In this document: positions 1 to 8,831 of the stretch, one piece after another
Layout of the letters: the number at the start of each line of letters is the position of its first letter
How positions within the stretch are numbered: position 1 is the first letter of the stretch
Assembly (NCBI GenBank): GCA_030698695.1
Contig: JAUYMR010000012.1
Coordinates: 1-53,595, forward strand
Reading direction: 5' to 3'
Source of the DNA: a bacterium
GTDB taxonomy: Bacteria > Patescibacteriota > Minisyncoccia > UBA6257 > WO2-44-18
DNA length: 53,595 bases
Notes under the pieces: model-generated
The model's input: the letters and a program-made list of their open reading frames with translations, nothing else
What the model was told of the DNA's origin: nothing
Database searches by the model: none
Program-made: the position numbers and the translations under genes

Positions 1-62
1 CTCAATAAATTTTTATTCTTAAAAGAATAATCAAGTTTGTTTTCTAATTTGTATAGTTCCAC
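1..62 (-). CDS. rnc: ribonuclease III, N-terminal fragment (runs off window start)
   Basis: GTG at 62 reads MELYKLENKLDYSFKNKNLL, matching the RNase III N-terminal LEKKLGYxFKNxxLL pattern; lies downstream of nusB. Confidence 0.75.
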   Translation of the reverse strand, partial: MELYKLENKLDYSFKNKNLL

Positions 63-149
63 GATATGAAAGTCACTCAGTCAATAAGTTATTAAGTCGC
101 TGTGATGAATGTCAATGACTAGATAGCTTAATGACTCTATATTTATTCA

Positions 150-584
150 TTATTGTTTAGTTTTAGATTCCTCCAACTGTTTAAAAACCGTCCCCAATAC
201 GCCATTGATGAATTTGCCAGAATTTGGACCACCATAGTTTTTGGCTATTTCAATAGCTTCATTAATGGCTACTTTGGGCGGAACTTCATCGGGATTGGCA
301 TATAATAATTCATATAAGCCGATACGCAAAGCATTTCGGTCAATAACGGCAATTTGTTCCAATGGCCATTCGGGAGCGGCTTTGCTGATAATATTGTTAA
401 TTTCATCCAAGTGTTCAATAACGCCCTTAACTAAACGCCAAACAAATTCCGGTTCGTCAATCCCCGGAGCGTATTCATTAAGATTGCGTTCCACGATCTG
501 AGTCAGATCATGCTTCATTTTATAAAAATCCCATTCATATAGGGATTGCAACACTACTGAGCGAGCGAGTTGACGAGTTGCCAT
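150..584 (-). CDS. nusB: transcription antitermination factor NusB
   Basis: [34 protein letters not shown] motifs. Confidence 0.97.
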   Translation of the reverse strand: MATRQLARSVVLQSLYEWDFYKMKHDLTQIVERNLNEYAPGIDEPEFVWRLVKGVIEHLDEINNIISKAAPEWPLEQIAVIDRNALRIGLYELLYANPDEVPPKVAINEAIEIAKNYGGPNSGKFINGVLGTVFKQLEESKTKQ

Positions 585-636
585 AGTAAGTTAATTGTAC
601 TACATCTTATATCTCACACGCTACACGCCGGCGCTT

Positions 637-792
637 TTATTTATATTTACCGCATTGTGGACAGGCCCTGTGCGGCAACATAGGTCCCTGACAATTGGCG
701 CAGACGGCCAATTTTATTTTTTTAAAAGCCAAATGAGATCGGCGTCGGCCGACTTTTGACTTAGAATGATGTTTTACTGGTACGCCACCCAT
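637..792 (-). CDS. rpmF: 50S ribosomal protein L32 (51 aa, not in ORF track)
   Basis: Manual translation MGGVPVKHHSKSKVGRRRSHLAFKKIKIAVCANCQGPMLPHRACPQCGKYK with two CxxC. Confidence 0.95.
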   Translation of the reverse strand: MGGVPVKHHSKSKVGRRRSHLAFKKIKLAVCANCQGPMLPHRACPQCGKYK

Positions 793-838
793 AATACAAG
801 ATTTAAATTCAAAATTGAAAAATATTGAATTTATTTAA

Positions 839-1471
839 TTAAAGTTTATTAGCTATAAGCTTAGGGTAGTTTTTGAGAAAAGTCAATCTATGGATCTTGC
901 TGACGCCATATTTTTTAAGCGACGACAAATGTCGCTTGGTGCCATAACCTTTGTGTTCGTTAAAATTATATTGTGGATATTTTTTATGATAGCGGGCCAT
1001 CATGGCGTCGCGTTTTGTTTTGGCAACTATGGAAGCTAATTTAATCGCATTATATTTTCCATCGCCGCGCACATAGGTGGTAGCTTTTAGGTTATGGGCT
1101 TTAGCTTTTAGGAGAGAAGAATTAAGATATAGACCGCCATCAAGCAAAACTTTTATTTTGGATTTTTTATGCCAGCGTTGATTCATTAATAATTTTTTCA
1201 TAGCTCTGGTTGCCGCTAAATTGGCGGCTTGGGTTATATTTATGCGATCTATAGTTGTTGGATATACACTAGCTGTGGAAAAAACTATATCATCTCGGGA
1301 TTTTATCCAAATCAATAGCTTCTTTCTTTGAGTGGCGGATAGTTTTTTAGAATCTTTAAACGACCCTCTTAATCTATGAGGAATAGCTAGGGCGGAAACC
1401 GTAACTGGGCCGGCTAGGGGCCCGCGTCCGACTTCGTCTATGCCCACCAAAAAGTTATTCATTGTTATCAT
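839..1471 (-). CDS. rnhB: ribonuclease HII
   Basis: GIDEVGRGPLAGPV, DSKKLS, ASIVAKTKRD, HKGYGT. Confidence 0.97.
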   Translation of the reverse strand: MITMNNFLVGIDEVGRGPLAGPVTVSALAIPHRLRGSFKDSKKLSATQRKKLLIWIKSRDDIVFSTASVYPTTIDRINITQAANLAATRAMKKLLMNQRWHKKSKIKVLLDGGLYLNSSLLKAKAHNLKATTYVRGDGKYNAIKLASIVAKTKRDAMMARYHKKYPQYNFNEHKGYGTKRHLSSLKKYGVSKIHRLTFLKNYPKLIANKL

Positions 1472-1563
1472 TATGTCACTTATGATATACTTACGCCTAG
1501 TACTCCTATAAATGGAGTTTTGACAATCCCATAATCCCGCATCAATTCAGGAGATTCAAGGTC

Positions 1564-2388
1564 ATGAACGGAAGGAATTATTTATTCGCTATTTTTCTGG
1601 TTTTTATTTCCGTGGCCGGTGGCTGTTCCGCCGTGCCTAATCGCGACGTGACTTCATCTACATCTTATCGCCAAATTGGCGCATTGCCTCCGCCCGTCAC
1701 TGAGACGGAGTTGGATGCCGTGTTGAACAAAATTTATAATCAAGCTGATTATTTGGCATATATTGAAGTTGAGGTTACTTTAATCGGCGAGAATAAGAAT
1801 CAAAATGAAAAGATTACTCCCTGGCCCTCGGTTCAGCAAATGCATCGGTTGCCATATTTTTCCAACACCGATGTCAAAGCTGTGCCATTGCCATTTCCTA
1901 AAGCGCAGACTCCGGTTGATTCTCAAGACGACGATCAATCGGCGGCGCAAAATCCAAGAATTAGGACAGTTACTCTTTCTGGGTTTCTCTGGTCTAGTGA
2001 CGAGCGGTACTATGTTGTGACTGCTGGTCACATTCGTAATCCTGGCTATGCCATTATGAGAGTCATGGTGTGGTTCAAAGATTACGAGACCGGAGGACCA
2101 TATGAGGCCCGCTTGATCGGTTACCAAGCCGATCGAGATGTGGCGTTGCTACTTATTATAGATCCGGACTTCAAATTTAGCGGCAATGATGCCGTTTTGG
2201 GAGACTCTCAAAATCTTAAAGTTACCGATTTTACTTACGGAAGAATCGCTGATTTTGTTGATGATAAAGATTACGATGTTAATGGTCGGGAAATTAAGTT
2301 GCGTTATATTATGCATGAGGCGAATATTGATTATGGAAATTCAGGGGGGCCATTGATTGATATGGGAGGCAAAGTGATCGGAATGTAA
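1564..2388 (+). CDS. predicted lipoprotein with trypsin-like (S1C/HtrA-type) protease domain, possibly degenerate
   Basis: Lipobox-like VAGGC; triad motifs TAGH, RDVALL, GNSGGP; SD AGGAG; no PDZ domain and ends right after KVIGM. Confidence 0.75.
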   Translation: MNGRNYLFAIFLVFISVAGGCSAVPNRDVTSSTSYRQIGALPPPVTETELDAVLNKIYNQADYLAYIEVEVTLIGENKNQNEKITPWPSVQQMHRLPYFSNTDVKAVPLPFPKAQTPVDSQDDDQSAAQNPRIRTVTLSGFLWSSDERYYVVTAGHIRNPGYAIMRVMVWFKDYETGGPYEARLIGYQADRDVALLLIIDPDFKFSGNDAVLGDSQNLKVTDFTYGRIADFVDDKDYDVNGREIKLRYIMHEANIDYGNSGGPLIDMGGKVIGM

Positions 2389-2440
2389 GATTCTGCTTCC
2401 TAAATTGAAAAACGGCACAACTGATTAGAATGTGAATATT

Positions 2441-2471
2441 CCTCCGATGGAAACCATCGGGGGCTTTTTTT
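2441..2471 (+). terminator. intrinsic terminator after the protease gene
   Basis: CTCCGATGG-AAA-CCATCGGGG stem followed by a T7 run. Confidence 0.8.
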
Positions 2472-2503
2472 ATCTCAGAAAAAAAACTATAATACATTTA
2501 GCT

Positions 2504-5500
2504 ATGTCTAAATTTATTCACCTACATACCCATTCGCATTATTCTCTTCTTGATGGCTTGGCAAAAATAGACGATCTTATCGCGCGCGCTAAAGAGTTAA
2601 ATATGAATTCCTTGGCCATAACAGACCATGGCAATCTTTACGGCGCGGTAGAGTTTTATAAAAAAGCAACCAAAGCCGGTATCAAGCCTATTTTAGGAGT
2701 TGAGGCCTATGTCGCTCCGGGAGATCATCGTGATAGAACTAATAGCGGCGGAGATAAATATTATCATCTTATATTATTAGCCAAGAATAAGATTGGTTGG
2801 TTAAACCTTATTCAATTGGTTACCAAGTCAAACTTGGAAGGCTTTTATTATAAACCCAGAATTGATAAAGATTTATTAAGACAACATCACGATGGCCTAA
2901 TTGCTCTTTCGGGTTGTTTGTCGGGTGAAGTTTCGCGCGCTTTGATGCATAAAGATTTTAACGAAGCCAAAAAAATAGCTTTGGAATATAGAGATATTTT
3001 TCAACCGGGTAATTTTTTTATTGAGATAGGACATCACCCCGGCATTAAAGAGACTGTCAAAGTCGGCGCCGATTTAATCAAGCTAGCTCGTGAAACCGGC
3101 ATTCCTTTGGTAGGCACTCAAGATATTCATTATGTTAAATCGGAAGATGCCGAGTATCATGATATTTTATTGGCGGTACAGACTGGCAACAAACTGAGTG
3201 ATGGCGATAGATTGACATTAAAAGATGATGATTTCTCCATGTGCTCTACCGAAAAGATGGTGGAGGCGTTTAAAGACGTTCCGGAAGCGGTGGAGAATAC
3301 TAATAAAATTGCCGAACTCTGCAATTTGGAATTGGAACTAAATAAAATAGTTTTGCCGCAGTTTCCTTTGCCGGATGGGGAAAAATCAGCTATGGGGTAT
3401 TTACGAAAATTGGTGGCTGAAAAAATACATCAACGTTTTACTGAAATAATTCCTGAAATTCAGGAAAGACTGGATTACGAATTGGGTGTTATTGATAAAA
3501 TGGGTTTCCCGGATTATTTTTTAATAGTTCAAGATTTTATTAATTGGTCTAAGGAGCGCGGCATCGTTGTTGGTCCGGGTCGTGGTTCCGCGGCTGGCAG
3601 TTTGGTTTCATATATATTGGGTATTACCGATGTTGATCCATTGAAATACGGACTTTTGTTTGAAAGATTTTTAAATCCCGATCGTATTCAATTTCCCGAT
3701 ATTGATGTCGATATTACTGATAAGCGGCGTGATGAAGTTTTTGGATATTTGGTCGAGAAATATGGCCAAGATCGCGTAGCTCACATTATTACTTTCGGCA
3801 CCATGGCGGCGCGGGCCGCTATTCGCGATGTTGGCAGAGCTTTGGGCATAAGTTATGGTTTTTGCGATCAGTTGGCAAAATTAATTCCCTTCAATGCCGA
3901 TATTGCCGCGGCTATGGAAATAGCGGAAGTAGCCGATTTATATAAGAATAATGCTGATGCTAAAAGAATTTTAGATGGAGCTCAACATTTGGAGGGCGTG
4001 GCCAGACACGCCTCAGTTCACGCGTGCGGCACCGTTATTGCCAATGGTCCGTTGACTAATCATTTGCCGCTACAGCGAGCGCCTCAAGATGAGAACATGA
4101 TTATTACTCAATTTGAAATGCATAGTGTTGAAGATCTGGGCTTGTTAAAAATGGACCTTTTGGGATTAAAAAATTTAACCATCATTGAAGATACTATTAA
4201 TTTAGTCAGAGATTATCATGGCGAAAATATAGAGTTGAGCAAAATAAATCCAAGTGATCCCAAGACGTTTGAATTATTGAGGGTTGCCGATACGATAGGC
4301 GTTTTTCAGTTTGAATCCAATGGCATGCGTCGTTATATGAAGGACATCAAGCCGACTGAATTTGAGGATTTAGTTGCTCTGGTCGCTCTCTTTCGTCCCG
4401 GTCCAATGGATCTTATACCTACATATATTCGCCGCAAACATGGTCAAGAGCAAATTAGTTATTTACATCCAAAACTAGAACCGATTTTAAAAACTACTTA
4501 TGGCGTTGGCGTTTATCAGGAACAGATGATGAGAATCGCGCGTGATTTGGCGGGTTTCTCGTTGGCCGAAGCTGACACTTTGCGTAAGGCCATAGGCAAA
4601 AAAATAAAAAGTTTATTAGATCAACAAAAAGAAAAGTTGATTCGGGGCATGACTCAAAATAACATTGACGAAAAAACAGCCACGGCTATTTGGGAATTAT
4701 TCCCGCCGTTCGCGCGTTACGGTTTCAATAGATCGCATGCCGTTTGTTATGCCATGATTGGGTATCAAACAGCTTATTTGAAAGCTCATTATCCGGTAGA
4801 GTTTATGACAAGTTTGCTAAATGCCGATCGTGGCGACACGGATCGCATCGCCTTTGTCATAGATGAATGTAAAAAACATGGCATAGAAGTTTTGGGTCCA
4901 GATATTAACCACAGTTCGGCGGCCTTTATGCCGGAACAAAATAATATCCGCTTTGGTCTGGCGGCTATTAAAAATGTTGGCGATAATATAGTGGAAGCGA
5001 TTATTGATGAAAGGCAAAAAGGAGGTGAGTTTCAGGATCTGGTAGATTTATTAAACAGGGTTCAGCATAAGGATTTAAATAAAAAATCCTTGGAGAGCTT
5101 AATAAAGTCGGGCGCGTTGGATTCTTTGGGCGTGGAAAGAAACGAAGCTCTTAGTAATATAGATGACATTATAAAGTTTGGGAGTTTAGTGAGAAAGGAG
5201 AACAAAAATTCGCAGATGGGACTTTTTGGCGAAGCCGATTTGAAACAATCGCTAAGACTAAAGCCGGCGCCGCCGGCTTCATTGAATGACAAACTTACTT
5301 GGGAAAGAGAATTGCTTGGTCTTTATGTGTCCGATCATCCTCTTAATGTTTATCGCGATAAAATAAAACAATCTGGAGCTAGGGCGATAGATGATCTAAA
5401 CATTACGCCGGCGGCGATGGCTAATAAGCAATTAATTGCCGGAATTATTTCCAGAGTTCAGCGCATAGTTACCAAAACTGGCAAGCCGATGTTATTTGCC

Positions 5501-5668
5501 AAGATAGAGGATCTTACCAATGCCCTGGAAGTAGTGGTTTTTCCCGAAACTCTGGCGAGAAATAATGATGTGTGGCAGGAAAATAAATTGGTTTTGATAT
5601 CGGGCAAGCTTTCGCAAAGAGATAGTGATGTTAAATTGATTTGTGATAAAGTAGAGGAGTTAGTCTAG
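2504..5668 (+). CDS. dnaE: DNA polymerase III alpha subunit
   Basis: PHP HLHTHSHYSLLDG, GPGRGSAAGS, FPDIDVD, YGFNRSHA, C-terminal OB fold; start moved to ATG 2504. Confidence 0.98.
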   Translation: MSKFIHLHTHSHYSLLDGLAKIDDLIARAKELNMNSLAITDHGNLYGAVEFYKKATKAGIKPILGVEAYVAPGDHRDRTNSGGDKYYHLILLAKNKIGWLNLIQLVTKSNLEGFYYKPRIDKDLLRQHHDGLIALSGCLSGEVSRALMHKDFNEAKKIALEYRDIFQPGNFFIEIGHHPGIKETVKVGADLIKLARETGIPLVGTQDIHYVKSEDAEYHDILLAVQTGNKLSDGDRLTLKDDDFSMCSTEKMVEAFKDVPEAVENTNKIAELCNLELELNKIVLPQFPLPDGEKSAMGYLRKLVAEKIHQRFTEIIPEIQERLDYELGVIDKMGFPDYFLIVQDFINWSKERGIVVGPGRGSAAGSLVSYILGITDVDPLKYGLLFERFLNPDRIQFPDIDVDITDKRRDEVFGYLVEKYGQDRVAHIITFGTMAARAAIRDVGRALGISYGFCDQLAKLIPFNADIAAAMEIAEVADLYKNNADAKRILDGAQHLEGVARHASVHACGTVIANGPLTNHLPLQRAPQDENMIITQFEMHSVEDLGLLKMDLLGLKNLTIIEDTINLVRDYHGENIELSKINPSDPKTFELLRVADTIGVFQFESNGMRRYMKDIKPTEFEDLVALVALFRPGPMDLIPTYIRRKHGQEQISYLHPKLEPILKTTYGVGVYQEQMMRIARDLAGFSLAEADTLRKAIGKKIKSLLDQQKEKLIRGMTQNNIDEKTATAIWELFPPFARYGFNRSHAVCYAMIGYQTAYLKAHYPVEFMTSLLNADRGDTDRIAFVIDECKKHGIEVLGPDINHSSAAFMPEQNNIRFGLAAIKNVGDNIVEAIIDERQKGGEFQDLVDLLNRVQHKDLNKKSLESLIKSGALDSLGVERNEALSNIDDIIKFGSLVRKENKNSQMGLFGEADLKQSLRLKPAPPASLNDKLTWERELLGLYVSDHPLNVYRDKIKQSGARAIDDLNITPAAMANKQLIAGIISRVQRIVTKTGKPMLFAKIEDLTNALEVVVFPETLARNNDVWQENKLVLISGKLSQRDSDVKLICDKVEELV

Positions 5669-5685
5669 TTGGACCAATAATCTTT

Positions 5686-7410
5686 ATGGCAAAACAAAAT
5701 ATAAATATTGATAATATTCGTCATTCGCTGGCCCATCTTTTGGCGGCCGCGGTTTTGCAACAATTCCCGAAAGCAAAATTGGGCATAGGGCCCGTTATTG
5801 AAAATGGGTTTTATTATGACTTTTTATTACCGCGATCTTTGACGCCGGACGATCTCAAAAGATTTGAGGCCACTATGCGTCAATTTATTAAAGATAGATT
5901 ATCATTCAGTGGCAAAAAAGTTACCGTTGTTCAGGCGAAGAATCAATTTAAGGGCCAGCGGTTTAAATTGGATTTAATAAAAGAATTCTCTAAAGATAAG
6001 AAACCCTTAACTGTTTATAAAACGGGTAATGTGTTTTTGGATCTCTGCCGTGGTGGCCACGTCAAAAATACCAGCGAGATTAATCCCGATGCGTTTAAAT
6101 TGGATAAGATTGCCGGAGCTTATTGGCGAGGCAATGAGAAAAATCCTCAGCTACAAAGAATTTATGGATTAGCTTTTGAAACCAAGAAAGAACTGGATGA
6201 ATATTCGGCGATGATGGAAGAAGCTAAAAAAAGAGATCATAAGAAACTAGGTCAAGAGCTTGATCTGTTCACCTTTTCTGAATTAGTCGGGAGTGGGTTG
6301 CCTTTGTGGACTCCGAAGGGAACTATTATTAGGAATCTTTTGGATGATTTTGTTTGGTTATTGCGCAAAGAAAGGGGGTATCAAAAGGTTGAAATTCCGC
6401 ATATTACTAAAAAGGATTTATATGAAATCAGTGGTCATTGGGCCAAGTTTAATAATGAGCTTTTCAAAATCGTTACTCGCGAGGGACATTTATTTGCCAT
6501 GAAGCCGATGAATTGTCCCCATCATACTCAGATATATAAGCGGCGATTATGGAGTTATCGTGATTTGCCGCAACGCTATGCCAATACTACAATGTGTTAC
6601 CGTGATGAACAGACCGGAGAATTGGCCGGACTGTCCAGGGCTAGGTCTTTTACTCAGGATGATGCCCACGTGTTTTGCCGCCAAGATCAGATTATTGAAG
6701 AGATGGATAAAATCTGGGAGATAATTAAAAAGTTTTATACAGCCGTCGGTTTTGATGATTTGGAAATCAGACTATCATTGCACGATCCTAAACAACTTGA
6801 AAAATATTTAGGCACATCAAAGCTTTGGAAGTTGATGGAGGGCCAGTTGCGTGGCTTAGTCAAAAAGAGGGGAGTTAAAGCGGTAGAAGCAGTGGGTGAA
6901 GCGGCCTTTTATGGACCTAAAATAGATTTTTTAGCCAAAGATTCTTTGAGGCGCGAATGGCAAGTGGCTACGATCCAATTAGATATGAATTTACCTGAAC
7001 GTTTTGATTTAACTTGCGTGAACGAAGGCGGCAAACCTGAAAGAATAGTTATGATTCACGCTGCTATTATGGGATCCATAGAAAGATTTCTCTCTATTGT
7101 GATAGAGCATTATGCCGGAGCGCTTCCATTCTGGCTGGCTCCGGTGCAAGTTAAAATCATACCTATTGCCGATAGACATTTAGATTACGCGCAGGAAGTC
7201 GCCAAAAGTTTAGTTGATTTTCGTGTTGAGATTGCTAATGAAAGCGAAACCGTCGGTAAGAAAATCCGCAACGCCGAATTGCAAAAAATACCCTACTTAT
7301 TAGTGGTGGGGGACGTGGAGCGCGATAACAAAACCATTCGTGCCCGCGAAAGGCAGGGGGGTGATTTAGGAGAAATGTCAGTGGAAGATTTTATAAAAAA
7401 AGTTAAATAA
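5686..7410 (+). CDS. thrS: threonine--tRNA ligase (no TGS domain)
   Basis: RHSLAHLLA, DLCRGGHV, KPMNCPHH, AFYGPKID, GSIERF. Confidence 0.98.
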   Translation: MAKQNINIDNIRHSLAHLLAAAVLQQFPKAKLGIGPVIENGFYYDFLLPRSLTPDDLKRFEATMRQFIKDRLSFSGKKVTVVQAKNQFKGQRFKLDLIKEFSKDKKPLTVYKTGNVFLDLCRGGHVKNTSEINPDAFKLDKIAGAYWRGNEKNPQLQRIYGLAFETKKELDEYSAMMEEAKKRDHKKLGQELDLFTFSELVGSGLPLWTPKGTIIRNLLDDFVWLLRKERGYQKVEIPHITKKDLYEISGHWAKFNNELFKIVTREGHLFAMKPMNCPHHTQIYKRRLWSYRDLPQRYANTTMCYRDEQTGELAGLSRARSFTQDDAHVFCRQDQIIEEMDKIWEIIKKFYTAVGFDDLEIRLSLHDPKQLEKYLGTSKLWKLMEGQLRGLVKKRGVKAVEAVGEAAFYGPKIDFLAKDSLRREWQVATIQLDMNLPERFDLTCVNEGGKPERIVMIHAAIMGSIERFLSIVIEHYAGALPFWLAPVQVKIIPIADRHLDYAQEVAKSLVDFRVEIANESETVGKKIRNAELQKIPYLLVVGDVERDNKTIRARERQGGDLGEMSVEDFIKKVK

Positions 7411-7544
7411 TATTTTCCACGTCGTCTGTCGCATTACTCATGTCGCTGATTTTTTTCGGACTTCCCCATTTGCAATATTGACCATGTTTGATTGCGGGGC
7501 TACGCTTAGAGGGCACCCATAGTACTTTGATAAGGAGACGTGCC

Positions 7545-8708
7545 ATGCGCAGATCAATAGTTCTCATCGTAATGCTTGTGTTTTTCGCGGCCGCACCTAT
7601 TAAGATTTTTGCCGACGATGAATTGACTGCTGAGGAAATTTTTAATCAGTATAAGAATGCCGCTGTTGCTATTGAGGTTATTCTTAAGTTTGATAATGGG
7701 CAATCAGCGGGTATGTATGGCAGTGGATTTTTCATTGATAAGGACGGATATCTTATCACCAATGCTCATGTGGCTCGCTACAATTTACCTATTTACGTCA
7801 GTCCTTTTAGCCTCAAGGTGTTCAATGTTGTCGGTTATGAATATTGGATAGTTCTGCCGGCGAAGGGACGCAAATACAGGGCTGAGGTTGTCGGTTGGGA
7901 CTACAATAAAGATATTGCTCAAATGAAAGTTTTGAATATTGATCCGGCAGATTATGATGCCGTTAAAATCGGCAACTCTGATGACGTTAAAATTGGCGAT
8001 AAGGTTTACGCCATCGGTTCGCCATATGGCCTAAAAAATACTATTACCAGCGGCATCATTAGTTCTCTTCATCGTCACTCTGATAGTAAGCCAACCTTTT
8101 TGTTCATTGAGGATTTTATCCAAACAGACGCGCCGATCAACCCGGGAAATTCTGGCGGACCACTAATTAATGAGTGTGGAGAAGTTATTGGTATCAATAG
8201 CGCCGGCTATGATGCTGACGGACTTGGTTTTACTATTCCTATTAACTTGCTAGATAGAGCCACCCTTTACAACAATCAAGTTGAGCTGGTTTATATTGGT
8301 TTTGATCTGTTGTTAAATAATTTTGAGAGAAGTGGGACCAAAATTCGCCCGGGGTTTAATGATGTAAAAACTCTTAATGAATTAACTGGTATTGAAGATT
8401 TGGATTCTTTGATTACTTTGGCTAGAGTGACTTATGATCAGCATTGGGCGGTTGTTGAGGATTTAGATATTGATCCCAAATCCCCATCAGCTCAAGCCGG
8501 ATTTAAACGAGGAGATTTAATTATTAGTTTCAACGGTTATGAAGTTAAGAGCGGCTACGACGTGAGATTACTGCTATACAAATTGGAAGCCGGCAAAGAA
8601 TTTGAGGTTAAGATTTGGCGAATGATGGGCGGAGGTCTTTATAGAACATTAATTTTACGAGCTACTCCAAGGGAGAGATATTCCAGCAAGGCCCAAAAAT
8701 TATTTTGA
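7545..8708 (+). CDS. HtrA/DegP-family serine protease with signal peptide and PDZ domain
   Basis: GSGFFI, TNAHV, DIAQMKV, IQTDAPINPGNSGGPL, SPSAQAGFKRGDLI; SD AAGGAG before ATG 7545. Confidence 0.92.
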   Translation: MRRSIVLIVMLVFFAAAPIKIFADDELTAEEIFNQYKNAAVAIEVILKFDNGQSAGMYGSGFFIDKDGYLITNAHVARYNLPIYVSPFSLKVFNVVGYEYWIVLPAKGRKYRAEVVGWDYNKDIAQMKVLNIDPADYDAVKIGNSDDVKIGDKVYAIGSPYGLKNTITSGIISSLHRHSDSKPTFLFIEDFIQTDAPINPGNSGGPLINECGEVIGINSAGYDADGLGFTIPINLLDRATLYNNQVELVYIGFDLLLNNFERSGTKIRPGFNDVKTLNELTGIEDLDSLITLARVTYDQHWAVVEDLDIDPKSPSAQAGFKRGDLIISFNGYEVKSGYDVRLLLYKLEAGKEFEVKIWRMMGGGLYRTLILRATPRERYSSKAQKLF

Positions 8709-8717
8709 CATTCTTTT

Positions 8718-8746
8718 GCTCCCGAAAAATATCGGGGGCTTTTTTA
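8718..8746 (+). terminator. intrinsic terminator
   Basis: GCTCCCGA...TCGGGGGC stem plus T run. Confidence 0.75.
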
Positions 8747-8831
8747 TAACGTTCTGGTTGAGTATAATATTAAGTATCAATCGCCGAGTGTTAATGTTTA
8801 TAATTTATGATGCTCGGCGTCTAAAATTTTT

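Noticed and set aside
2432..2503. N-terminal extension of DnaE given by the ORF track (similarly for UDG, infC, smpB, tsaC)
   Set aside because: The extensions run through terminator or promoter sequences; downstream starts fit the protein families.
2504..5668. Inteins in dnaE (also checked in nrdJ)
   Set aside because: Lengths are normal and no intein motifs are seen.
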